Source: Tubulanus polymorphus (taxonomy: Eukaryota > Animalia > Nemertea). From it: DNA of 64,000 nt. How positions within the stretch are numbered: position 1 is the first letter of the stretch; every line of letters begins with the position of its first letter. The translations under genes were made by a program, and so were the position numbers. Under the pieces are notes generated by a model that was given only the letters and a program-made list of their open reading frames with translations, was not told where the DNA came from and did no database searches. The stretch covers positions 6,050,914-6,114,913 of the forward strand of contig NC_134034.1 in NCBI RefSeq assembly GCF_964204645.1. The letters are read 5' to 3'. This document shows, one piece after another, positions 1 to 9,870 of this stretch.

Positions 1-1068
1 ATCTCTTATAAAAAACAAAACAAAATATTAACAAAATCAACTTTGAGTAATTTAGATCCAGATAGAATTAAAAGAATTAGTAATAGTAATGTAATAACTG
101 ATGTTATAAAACAAGAATTAACTGGTAATGATATAGACGTATTTAAACAAAGAATTAATGAATTATTTGAAATAATCAAAAAGAAATCAGAAACAGAAAC
201 AACTTCTGAACAGAATATAACTTCCAAAACTAGTAAACTTAAATCAAATAAAGTTCCAATTGAAAAACTTTTACCGAATGGATTAATTAATGCAATAGAT
301 CAACAATTAGAAGATTTAAATATATTTTCTGATGAAGCAATTAGAGAAATTATTAGTATAAGAAATGAAGCTGATAAAATTGCACATAATAAAAGTATAA
401 GAGATCAAAAAATTATGTATTTGGAAAAAGAATTAACTAATCCAAATAAAGAAATAGAACAACTAAAGTCTGATTTAGATCATCAAGTAATTGATGAAAT
501 AGAATATAGGCAAAAAGAATTACGTTTAGAAAAAGAAATTAATAATTTAAAAGATAATTTAGAAGTACAGAAAGAAGAAATTAAATTATTATTAAAATCA
601 TATGATTATGATATTAATAGATTAAAAGTTATTCTTAAAAGTTTGTTGATAAAACCAAATTCTGAAATATCATTAAAAGATAGAATAAAGTTATTATTTA
701 AATTAGAAGGAATAACAATTCTTTCAGTTCTAACAGCTGAAACTATGTTATTTACAACAATTGGTTTAGCACTATCAAATTCTTTGAAATCGACTCCTAC
801 TCCCAATAAACTGGATAAACCCCCGAATGATAATAATTCTATACAAGATAAAGTTAAGGATGGTTTAAAAAAATTAGCAAAATATTTATGGGAACTATCT
901 AAAATATCTGCTGCAGCATTACCAGGAATTATTGCATTAATTGTTGGTTTTATATTGAAATCTGCAGGAAACATTATTAACTTTGCTGCTGAACGTATTA
1001 TTTTATTTTTAATTACAGTTGTAAGTGCTATTATTTTTGGGTTAGTAAACATGATAAAAAATAAATAA
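1..1068 (+). CDS. Adintovirus coiled-coil plus C-terminal hydrophobic membrane protein (GasderminX-like), 5'-truncated by the window
   Basis: Frame open from base 1. Long coiled coil, then SLKDRIKLLF..GITI..hydrophobic helices..LPGIIALIVGFILKSAG..FAAE, resembling the ORF that precedes the capsid gene in animal adintoviruses (recalled, not searched). Confidence 0.65.
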   Translation: MSYKKQNKILTKSTLSNLDPDRIKRISNSNVITDVIKQELTGNDIDVFKQRINELFEIIKKKSETETTSEQNITSKTSKLKSNKVPIEKLLPNGLINAIDQQLEDLNIFSDEAIREIISIRNEADKIAHNKSIRDQKIMYLEKELTNPNKEIEQLKSDLDHQVIDEIEYRQKELRLEKEINNLKDNLEVQKEEIKLLLKSYDYDINRLKVILKSLLIKPNSEISLKDRIKLLFKLEGITILSVLTAETMLFTTIGLALSNSLKSTPTPNKLDKPPNDNNSIQDKVKDGLKKLAKYLWELSKISAAALPGIIALIVGFILKSAGNIINFAAERIILFLITVVSAIIFGLVNMIKNK

Positions 1069-1088
1069 TTAATTTTTTTGTTAAATAA

Positions 1089-2296
1089 ATGAGTGGCAGT
1101 TATATCAATCCTTCTAAGAATCATAGAATATCTAATGCTATTAAAGCAGAAAGATCACATCATATAATTACTCATAACCCTTCTAATATTAATCCTGATG
1201 AAACTTTATATGTTAGAATTCCTCGAATAACACAAAATACTTTTTATGTTCCAAATAGTATTTATTTATCAGCCGATATAAAAGTAATCGGTAATAATAA
1301 TAATTATGTTGTTGATAATGTTGGAAGATATTTGATTAAAAATTTAACAGTAAAGATTGGCCCAGAAACAGTTTTCTCATTAGATGATTATAATTTATTT
1401 ATGCATTATAAAGATTTATGGTTAACTAAAGAAAATAGAAATAATATGATATTTCAAGGAATCCAATCAGAAAACCAAAATAAATTAAGATCAGAAGCAC
1501 ATAATGCAATATTAACTAATTCTATAGATAAATTGATAAAAAGTATATATGGAAGCAAATATAAAATTACATTAGACTTTGAATTGATAAATAATAATGC
1601 GCCTTTATATAAATACGCAATTCAAGAAGATGTTATATTCGAAATAACATTTGCTCCTGTTAATGAAATTGTAATATCTAGCGTTAATAAAGATATGGGT
1701 TATAAATTATCGAATATATGTTTAGAATATGATACAGTAACTGATGAAAATATTTCAAGTATAATTCAAACTAAATACAATCAAGGATTTTCATTATTAT
1801 ATGATTATATTGATAAATTTAAAACTGTAACTATTAATGCAAATGATGAAATTATTAATGAGAATAATAACTTCCCACGAAGATCTATTAAAGGTATATT
1901 AATATTTTTTACCATTGCAACATATACTAATGGCGCAATAAATGTTGATTATTATTATAATCCTGAAATAACAAAAGTAGAAATAACTATCGAAGGAATA
2001 GCAAATAAAATATTTTGTCAAGGAATGAGAATGATAGATCAATGGCCAGAAATTAGAAAACATTTTATGAACGAAAAAGTAAAATCATCTGAAAATTGTA
2101 ATATTAATCAAATTGATTATTATACCGGCAATAAATATGCATTATGGTTAGATTTTAGAACAACAGAGGATAATTCATTACATGGTTCTGGAAAAAAATT
2201 ACAAGAGGAGACAAAAATTTTAAAATGCAAATTTATATTATATCTGACGCGCAATTAAATATTGTAAATTCTCAATTAAATAGTGTTATGTATTAG
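1089..2296 (+). pseudogene. Major capsid protein (double jelly-roll, hexon-like) with small deletion/frameshift near 2205
   Basis: Motifs ITHNPSNINPDETLYVRIP, VVDNVGR, YKLSNICLEYD, ALWLDFRTTEDNSLHGSG. The conserved C-terminus MQIYIISDAQLNIVNSQLNSVMY* is in another frame and ends at TAG 2294-2296. Confidence 0.85.
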
Positions 2297-2328
2297 AATT
2301 TTAACTTTAATAAAAATTTATATAATAA

Positions 2329-3243
2329 ATGGAAGGAGGTAAAGTATATAAACATATTCCATACATCGATACACATGAAAATAATGATGGTTTATTTTAT
2401 GTAATACCTTGTAATATAGCTTTGATATTTGATCCTATTTTCAAAATTTATAAAACTAAACTAATAGAAATCGATAATAATAAAAGTGAAGTTGTTGATA
2501 ATTTAAGTAATGTAATTGATAATAATGTTATACCTTCTACATCTAATAATGCAATACCTTCTACATCTAATAATGTAATACCTTCTACATCTAACAATGC
2601 AATACCTTTTACATCTAATAATGTAATACCTTCTACATCTAATAATGTAATACCTTCTACATCTAATAATGAAATAATATTAAATATTAGTGAAAATAGA
2701 AATTATTGTGATTATTGTAAAGGTGAATTTTCAAACGCCCCATCAAATTGGAATAAACATATGAATACAAAGGTACATATTAATGTAATAGAACGTGTTG
2801 GTTTAAGAGAATTTATAGAACACCCATTTAAATATGTTACAAAGTTTGTTTCAAATAAAAAAGTAAATGGTAAAGAATTATATGAAGATTTATTATTAGC
2901 AACACCTAATAAAGATGAATTAGATTTAACCGATGCTAATAAAATATTAGGATCAAACACTGTAAATGAAATATTAGGAGCAAACACTAATAAAGATGAT
3001 AATGAAAATATAGTTACAGAAAAGCATATTGATAATAAAGATTCTATGAAACATAAAGTAGAAAATAATGATAAATTTGATTGGATGAATAGGCATAACA
3101 ATGAAACAACTATTGATGATGCGGTAAAAAGGGTGAAGAATAAGTATAAAAATAAAACAACTATTGATGTAGATTCGGTAGAGCATTTGAATAAATTGTT
3201 GGGGCCTGATAGTGAATTAGAGAGTGATGATGAAAGTGATTAA
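2329..3243 (+). CDS. Viral hypothetical protein with 8-aa tandem repeat and a CxxC..H..H zinc finger
   Basis: Intact 304-aa ORF; (NN[V/A]IP[S/F]TS)x6; CDYCKGEFSNAPSNWNKHMNTKVH; acidic tail; TAAATG start. Confidence 0.7.
   Translation: MEGGKVYKHIPYIDTHENNDGLFYVIPCNIALIFDPIFKIYKTKLIEIDNNKSEVVDNLSNVIDNNVIPSTSNNAIPSTSNNVIPSTSNNAIPFTSNNVIPSTSNNVIPSTSNNEIILNISENRNYCDYCKGEFSNAPSNWNKHMNTKVHINVIERVGLREFIEHPFKYVTKFVSNKKVNGKELYEDLLLATPNKDELDLTDANKILGSNTVNEILGANTNKDDNENIVTEKHIDNKDSMKHKVENNDKFDWMNRHNNETTIDDAVKRVKNKYKNKTTIDVDSVEHLNKLLGPDSELESDDESD
2521..2664 (+). repeat. 24-bp coding tandem repeat x6
   Basis: Units of aataatg(t/c)(t/a)ataccttctacatct read directly. Confidence 0.95.
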
Positions 3244-3331
3244 GATATTAATCATATTTAACTCATATAATAATATTAGTTGAAAATTGTATAAAATAAT
3301 AGTAAATAAAAAAGGGGGTTTTAAGTATTTA

Positions 3332-3515
3332 AGGTATCTAATACATATCTAATACAATCTAATACATACACTGATATTCATATGGAAATTGAAACCTCAG
3401 TAATAATAAATAATCTTTATCATTTTCAAACTTATATAGGGTATCAGGTATTAGGGTATCTAATAGGGTATCAGGTATTAGGGTATATAATAGGGTATCT
3501 AATACATAGGTATAC
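3332..3515. repeat. Short degenerate repeats in the convergent intergenic region of the virus
   Basis: Iterated atctaatac (3332-3370) and tagggtatc/aggtat (3437-3515) units. Confidence 0.7.
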
Positions 3516-4134
3516 AAATAATATATTTTATAAATTTATATCCATAGGGAAATTGTAATCTCAGTAATAATTTTGAACCTTTATTATTCTTTAATTTATT
3601 CATATATTCATCATGTAATTCAGTAGGTATAATTTGATTTTCTTCCAATGATTGATGCATAGATTTTCTATCTTTATTGTAGAATAAAACTAGAAATCTT
3701 ATATTCTCCCTAAAGTCTTTAACAATTGAATTATATTTTTGATTTAAAACCCATGTTGTTATCCCGAAATGTCTCCCAGAGAAAGCAAGATAACATAACT
3801 CACTTTCTCTAACTTTTGAATCACGTAAATTAGCGCAATCATCTACAATGAATAATGTATTTGATCCTTTATAGATATCAATTGCTATTTTTATACAATT
3901 ATCTAAATTTTCTTTTACTGTTTTAGGATCTAATATAATAAACTTTTTTATCTTAACTATATCTCTATTATATGTTTTATTCATTTCATAAGTAGGACAG
4001 AATAATATTATATTATCAAAATGATTCTTATAAATAGTTTCTAACAAATCTAATATGAAATGTGTTTTACCACAGTTTGTTACTCCAGTAACTAACATAT
4101 TATGCGGTTCAAATATAAATAAATCTTTATTCAT
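3499..4134 (-). CDS. FtsK/A32-like genome packaging ATPase
   Basis: Walker A GVTNCGKT, Walker B LFIVDD, SGRH arginine finger, LNQKY motif; intact 211 aa. Confidence 0.92.
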   Translation of the reverse strand: MNKDLFIFEPHNMLVTGVTNCGKTHFILDLLETIYKNHFDNIILFCPTYEMNKTYNRDIVKIKKFIILDPKTVKENLDNCIKIAIDIYKGSNTLFIVDDCANLRDSKVRESELCYLAFSGRHFGITTWVLNQKYNSIVKDFRENIRFLVLFYNKDRKSMHQSLEENQIIPTELHDEYMNKLKNNKGSKLLLRLQFPYGYKFIKYIICIPMY

Positions 4135-5082
4135 TTATTCTTTTAATTTTACTAGATAAAATCCATTCATTAAATTAATCATCATATCCTTTATATTTCA
4201 CCAAAGAATACTTTTTTCCTTTAAGAGTTTTTGTTTTCAATACTTTTTCTATTTTGTATTCTATTTCATCTGGGTTTGGTACAAGTGATAATTCTTGTTC
4301 ATAGAAATAACCTAATATTTCTTCATCTTTTAGATCTTCTAGTTTATAAACAAAAGGTTTAGTTAATATTATCTTTTTAATCTTGAATATTTCTTCTGTA
4401 AAATTTGGGGTATAACCTTTATAAAATGTTTTTCTATATTTAGATATTCTAACGTGTTGTCCTATTTTAAATTTAGGTTCACCGAAATCATGTGTAACAA
4501 ACGCACCATATAAATTATTCCAAACTATTTCCGAATTATCTTCTTATCTAGCTTCTATGGGTTTCATATTTATAGAACTATGTTTAGAATTATTATAACC
4601 CTTCACTAAATCATCTAATACATCGATATATCTATATGTTTCATTAGCAGTAAAATATTTCCACATTCTCGTTTTCAATGTTTTATTAAATCTTTCTATA
4701 ATAGATGCTTTTTTATCTGAGTGTGTTGAAAAATAATCTACATCTTTATCAGATAATAGTTTTTTGAAATGTTTGTTATAAAATTCCTTACCTTCATCAA
4801 ATTGTATCTTATCTGGAATAGCTTCTTTAAATATTGATTTAAAAGCATTTGTTACTTCTATACCAGTTTTATTTTTGATTGGAATTGACCATGCGTATCT
4901 ACTGAATATGTCTATAACATTTAGTATCCAGAAATATCCTTTGTTGTATTCCTCTAAGTTCTTCATGTCAATTAAATCTGCTTGCCATTGTTGATCGATA
5001 TATGAAACCATAACTTTTCTTGTTAAATAAGTTTTATCCATTTTCTTGTGTATTTGATATGTTGGTTGATTTTGTAACCATG
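4127..5082 (-). pseudogene. Retrovirus-like (rve) integrase with C-terminal chromodomain, disrupted
   Basis: WQADL, FDEGKEF and IIERFNKTLK DDE core. Reading through stops at 4544-4546 and 4175-4177 gives PKFKIGQHVRIS..KGYTPNFTEEIF..FYEQEL and chromodomain EYKIEKVLK..LVKYKGYDD*FNEW. The frame extends upstream to WLQNQPTYQIHK; the N-terminus is lost to a deletion near 5083. Confidence 0.9.
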
Positions 5083-5280
5083 ATAGTAATTATTTCTTCC
5101 ACTATTAGAAGAATCAGATGGATTATTATTTGAATTAATATCAGATAAAGTCTGTGATTCATTTATATCAGTTAATTTCTTTTTCTTAGCTTTTTTTAAT
5201 TCTGAAGATCTTTTACCTAATTCTCTTGCCCATTTAATTTGTTTCTCGGATCTAACATTTTTCTTAACTCCATCACTCAT
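5023..5280 (-). CDS. Small basic viral protein (C-terminus probably chimeric after the deletion)
   Basis: RSEKQIKWARELGKRS..KKAKKKK basic N-terminus; TAAATG start; the tail runs out of frame into integrase sequence. Confidence 0.55.
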   Translation of the reverse strand: MSDGVKKNVRSEKQIKWARELGKRSSELKKAKKKKLTDINESQTLSDINSNNNPSDSSNSGRNNYYHGYKINQHIKYTRKWIKLI

Positions 5281-5875
5281 TTATTTTAGTTAATTTTTGT
5301 TCTGATTCATTTTCTGTTTCACCGTTTGGTTGTAGTACATCTGTTTCATTCTTACCTGATTTATATTCCATAGGTTTGATGTTCGAAAATGTTATGACGC
5401 CAGTAGAAATTAATGTCATAACCGATCCTAATTGAAATGAAGCATAACCAACCCATTTTTGTAATTCAGTCATAACTAAGTAGTCATGTTTCAAATCACT
5501 ATATAATTTATTTTCATCATCAATTGATATTAACTGGTTACATAACTTAGAATAACATTTGACAATACCACCTGAAATAGAATCATTTATTCTAGCTAAT
5601 CTAGCTTCTTCATAAATCTTAAAATATTTTATTACTTTATCTGGTTTCATAGCATCTAATTCTTGAAAAGTTATTATTTTTCCCAAGAAATCCTTAGATT
5701 TCCCGCCAGCAATTAATAATTCAAGATGATGCTTACAATATCAGTAGTATTCATAATCAATATTGTTATTAACTTGAATAGAATTAGAAACAACTGTGTC
5801 TTTATTATCACTAATACCCAAATCATCTAATTTTTTTTCAATATCAATACTATTCTTACTCGATTTCTTTGACAT
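5273..5875 (-). pseudogene. Conserved adintovirus hypothetical protein (YEEARL-type) with one premature stop
   Basis: ATG 5875 (TAAATG) is in frame with ORF 5273-5686; single TGA at 5741-5743; LIAGGKSKDFLGK..YEEARL motif. Confidence 0.7.
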
Positions 5876-6272
5876 TTACATTAGAGAAATTTAATAAGAA
5901 AAATATTATAAGTATTATAAAATGATACTAGATAGTTAAAGTTAAAGAATTCTAGTATTGACTACTGATACTAGCTATTTGAATTTAAAGAATTTCTATT
6001 TGAATCTATTCAAAATATGAATTATTATCTTTTTGAAAAGAAAATATTAAAAATATAATAGAATTCACTAGCTAGTTGAAGTTATTGTTTTTTTTATTAT
6101 ATTTTATTTAAATAAGGATTTAATATCTCACTACTATTGTCTATCTATTAGGAGCAGTAATTATAACTGTCCAGATAAGTCATTTCGGATTCTCGATAAT
6201 GAATCCTAAAACTGAAAATACATTCAAAGAAACGACTGGTGGAAATACTATTTCATAAACACATATATTTTA

Positions 6273-6367
6273 TTCTACTATCATTATCGATTTCCACATT
6301 CCAAGCCGCGCATTTCATGCGCGGTAAGGTATGCGTGGAATGCAGGAATCAATAAAGTATAATAGAA
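6273..6367. repeat. Imperfect foldback hairpin (probable non-autonomous element end)
   Basis: ttatcgatttccacattcca..ccgcgca/tgcgcgg..tggaatgcaggaatcaataa arms. Confidence 0.55.
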
Positions 6368-7016
6368 CATCTGTCACTGTGTGACATTAACAACAGCTTA
6401 ATGACGCAATTGAAATTCCGGCAAACGTAATGCATTGAAAGCCTATACAGTATGGCTAAACGGCTACAGTCTCATGAGTTGAAATATTCATAATTTCTGA
6501 TTCCACATCCATCCATCTTCACTTTCTTGATTCAATGGTCTTCATTTTGTAATCTAAAAGATAAATATCTAGCGTAGAATAAAACTAACTTGAAGTTGCA
6601 GTTGTAAAATATTAATTACAACACTTAAACATGGCCATTTGTGGCGCATCTTACCAGGGTAAGTTTTACATGTTTCACGTTTCCCAACGCCTTAATAACA
6701 ACAAAAACAATACTTACATTTATAACTGTAAACTCCTAAAATTGTGTTTATAGAGAGAATATCCTATACGTTCCTATGCTTATGTGCTGCGCGCTTATAA
6801 CTGCCAGTTATTCACTAGCTAAACACTGTCGGAGCAACATATGTTCCTTTGTGATGTAATTGATTAATCCTTTTCAACTGAAATAACACATTCAATCAAT
6901 ATTCAAATGAGGTACACCCCATTCAACTGATTATAACGTGTGACAGATGCAAAGAGCTAATACAATTACATATAGGCGGTTTGACATAGATCGAGAGTAA
7001 CCGGTTTTCTAAGCGT

Positions 7017-7670
7017 TTAAGCCTCAACGTATTTTTCATTATGTGTTGAGTTCCATAATTCAACAAATGTCTTTGCTTTATCCAGTTGATCTAAATTTAA
7101 TTTCATATCTAGTTTGTTAGATTTAATTATGTTTTCCTTCTTTTCTAAAGGTCTTAAATTTCTAGAGTTCCAGATTAGCTTCTTATCATAATCATCACTC
7201 ATATCAAATTTAGAAATCGGCAATACGTGATCAATATGAAAGTATTCACCATAATTATCTATATTCATTTTATCGTCGAATTGATATATTATCCATGATA
7301 TGAAAAATTCATCTGAACAACCCAATAAATTAGATAGTGTTTCTGAATGTGTTTCTTTGTTGAATAATTGTGTTAATCTAGATCTTAAGCATTGTTTCAA
7401 TCTAAAATTAACATCTGTTTGATATCTTCCTCTCATATATTCTGCCATATAATAATTATAATGTTCTATATTATCTTCTCGATATTGTTTGGTATATAGT
7501 TTAGTACAAGTTTTACAGCAATATTGAAAACCATCTTTGCTAATCTTACGCTTATTAAATTCTGTTATAGCTAATTTATCTAATTCGCACTTAGAACACT
7601 TCTTGTAGTATATATTCATAACACCAGCGTTATTTGTAATATTGATAGTTTGTGGTTGTTCTGGTTCCAT
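7017..7670 (-). CDS. NCLDV-type HNH (endonuclease VII-like) nuclease with N-terminal CxxC..CxxC Zn ribbon
   Basis: KKCSKC..KDGFQYCCKTC; LLGCS..YGEYFHIDHVLPISKFD..NLRPL..EN..K. Start reassigned to ATG 7670 because it shares a 24-nt upstream motif with the neighbouring gene. Confidence 0.8.
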   Translation of the reverse strand: MEPEQPQTINITNNAGVMNIYYKKCSKCELDKLAITEFNKRKISKDGFQYCCKTCTKLYTKQYREDNIEHYNYYMAEYMRGRYQTDVNFRLKQCLRSRLTQLFNKETHSETLSNLLGCSDEFFISWIIYQFDDKMNIDNYGEYFHIDHVLPISKFDMSDDYDKKLIWNSRNLRPLEKKENIIKSNKLDMKLNLDQLDKAKTFVELWNSTHNEKYVEA

Positions 7671-7677
7671 TTTAATA

Positions 7678-8520
7678 TCAAATTTTTTTACTAAATTGAT
7701 TTCCATATTTGGGGTTATGATATTTTGATTTAAGATGGTGTGATTTATTGCTTCGAGTATATTTTCCACAATTACATAAAACGCTTTCATTAGGATTATA
7801 TTTAGGCGTAACAATTTCATTATCTAAGTTACATTGAGTTCCAACATCTTTAAATGATTTTTCATTATCTAATTCACATTGAATACCAATATTTGATGAA
7901 TTTTCATTATAGATAATTGGTTTATCATCAAAATTTAAATAATATAATTGTCTTTTTTCAATTCTTAAGTTAATCAAATTATTGTAACCTCTAGAAAGTA
8001 TTAAATCATCATTTCTTTCATTGAAAGGAGTTTCAAGAATATTTATAATTTTTTCATCTAAAGTTCCTTTATGATTTAAAACTGTATTAAATATGTTAGG
8101 ATTTTTGATTCCATTATCTATCAGTTCAATAATTAAATATGCTACATTTGATAATATTTGATTGATTATAGAAATATTATCAATTTTATATTGTCTTCCA
8201 TACACTAAATTTGTTGCTGAGATATAATTTTCAATGTTAAATAATGAAAATAAGTTATCATTATTCATATTTCTAATATGACTATTAGATTTTAAATGTT
8301 CTTTATAATATCTTTTATCACTGAATGATTGATTACATGTATCACATTTATATGTTTCTTTTTCATTCTTTAATTCATCTAATTTAGTTTCTAATATATC
8401 ATCTTTATATTCTAGTTTCAATTTATTCTCTAAATGTGTTTTAGTTTTATTGTGTCTTGATTTTTGGGATTTATCTATATTGATTTTACATGTTGGGCAG
8501 TAGTACTTATTTGCTTCCAT
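7678..8520 (-). CDS. Viral-like multi zinc-finger protein (copy 1)
   Basis: CPTC..H..H, CDTC..H..H and CNCG..H..H fingers; intact, intronless, AT-rich 280 aa. Confidence 0.8.
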   Translation of the reverse strand: MEANKYYCPTCKINIDKSQKSRHNKTKTHLENKLKLEYKDDILETKLDELKNEKETYKCDTCNQSFSDKRYYKEHLKSNSHIRNMNNDNLFSLFNIENYISATNLVYGRQYKIDNISIINQILSNVAYLIIELIDNGIKNPNIFNTVLNHKGTLDEKIINILETPFNERNDDLILSRGYNNLINLRIEKRQLYYLNFDDKPIIYNENSSNIGIQCELDNEKSFKDVGTQCNLDNEIVTPKYNPNESVLCNCGKYTRSNKSHHLKSKYHNPKYGNQFSKKI

Positions 8521-8599
8521 TTTAATATCAAATTTTTTATTAAAATTGCTTTTAGAAGTTATTCATTTATATTTTATTCATATATATGAATATTTTAAG

Positions 8600-9870
8600 A
8601 GTAATAGGGGTTTAGTTGTTTCATATCAAAGGTTGAGGGGGCGAGTGAGTAAAAAATAAAAAATAAATTCGAGTGTGCGAGAATTTATTTTTTATTTTTT
8701 ACTCACTCGACCCTTCGACCTTTGGTATGAAACAACTAAACCCCTATTACTAGTCTCGAATCACCGAGAAAATCAGCTCAAGGTTGAAAAGCTCAGCTGA
8801 AAGACCAGCAACGTCAGCAGACACGGACTCGTGACGTGGACCTTCCTTAAAACGATACAGCTATAAGTACGTGACTACACTACACGTGTATAAGGATAAA
8901 CAGCGAGTGGTGGCCTCGTTTCAGATCGCGCTACCAGAACCGTTTGATTTTTCCAAGCCTACAGAATGGCCAAAATGGCTCAAGAGATTTGATAGGTTCA
9001 GTATAGCATCAGGCCTGTCAACAAAGGATGGGGCTACCCAGGTAAATACACTGATTTACAACATGGGTGAAAAGGCTGATGAAATCTTAGAAGCCGAGCA
9101 AAGCTCATAACGTTTTCCGTAAAAGAAGGATAAATAATGCTATTGCGGACTGGTCATCAGGTCTGAAGGTTGGTTCCATGGTAAATCTCGCCACATCAGA
9201 AGTGAACAATAATTATTGAATTCAGTGAAACAATAATCGATTTCCAGCAAAGTCAACACTGGACATTGCATGTGGTCCATGAGGAGAGGAGGATATTGCA
9301 AACTTCCAGTGTGATCTGAATAACTTGTCTTGGCCAAGTCTCTTAATTTGAGTGTCCCAACTTGCTGTCTGTATCAGGAAATCAGTACGCTGAGGTGGAT
9401 CCAAATATATCTGATCTCACAGGCACTAAGGAGTTCAACAATTGTAAACTTTATTCAGATACTAAATATAGTCATTTTACAACACTATTAAAACATAAAT
9501 TCACTAAATACATCTCTGGAATAGAAAATGTGTCCTCTATATCCTTCAGAATGGTCTGTATTCAGTGACTGGTCGAGGCTGAGCTCACAATAGATTTCAA
9601 TCCTTGTTAGTTTCTGTTTACATACAGCAATTAATGCCTCTCCGTCCATTGTAAAGTTTCCTTTTGTTTGTTGATTACATTAATGATTCGTTAATTATCA
9701 GATGCTATTTTAATCATTCATACTGCAGGGCTATTTTGATATTGCTCGAAGCTATAAACCAGATTCGAAGAGCCATCTTAACCAGGAAGTAACTTGCTTC
9801 TTACATGTCTGACCTTATTTGACATGCATCGAAAATATAAAATGGAGGATGGGCATAACCCCTATTACTA
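8600..9870. mobile_element. Non-autonomous foldback element with Crypton-like architecture (also 11344-12614 and 14088-15358)
   Basis: 152-bp near-perfect hairpin 8600-8751 (agtaataggggtttag...ctaaacccctattact); the terminal aacccctattacta recurs at 9857-9870. Superfamily assignment is tentative. Confidence 0.55.
8900..9095 (+). pseudogene. Gypsy/Ty3 gag N-terminal fragment (also at +2744 and +5488)
   Basis: LPEPFDFSKPTEWPKWLKRFDRFSIASGL..QVNTLIYNMGEKADEIL, typical of invertebrate Gypsy gag. Confidence 0.75.

Larger units (their letters stand above)
1..6135. mobile_element. Endogenous Polinton/Maverick-like virus (adintovirus type), right-hand part; left part lies upstream of the window
   Basis: Intronless, tightly packed, very AT-rich ORFs encoding MCP, packaging ATPase and rve-chromodomain integrase. 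The AT-rich tract ends at ...CTCACTACT (6127-6135), the reverse complement of the canonical AGTAGT Polinton terminus. pPolB, protease and penton are not in the window. Confidence 0.9.

Noticed and set aside
2521-2664. Possible CRISPR-like array
   Set aside because: Contiguous 24-bp coding repeats with no spacers; eukaryotic context.
606-3186. Antisense ORFs 606-1124, 2712-3101 and 2974-3186
   Set aside because: Shadows of AT-rich sense genes with no recognisable motifs.
4175-5743. Stop-codon reassignment or readthrough in the viral genes
   Set aside because: In-frame stops are mixed (TAA, TGA), accompanied by deletions, and the same codons end intact genes, so this is ordinary decay.
7671-7820. 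50-aa N-terminal extension of the HNH ORF in the ORF track
   Set aside because: Non-ATG start overlapping the Zn-finger gene; the shared start motif points to ATG 7670.
8600-8751. Hairpin as Polinton TIR or poxvirus-like hairpin telomere
   Set aside because: A third copy of its end at 9857-9870 and its centre resemble host foldback elements; a better Polinton end exists at 6135. Not fully excluded.
9140-9568. Small ORFs in the tandem unit
   Set aside because: No recognisable motifs; repeated only because of the triplication.
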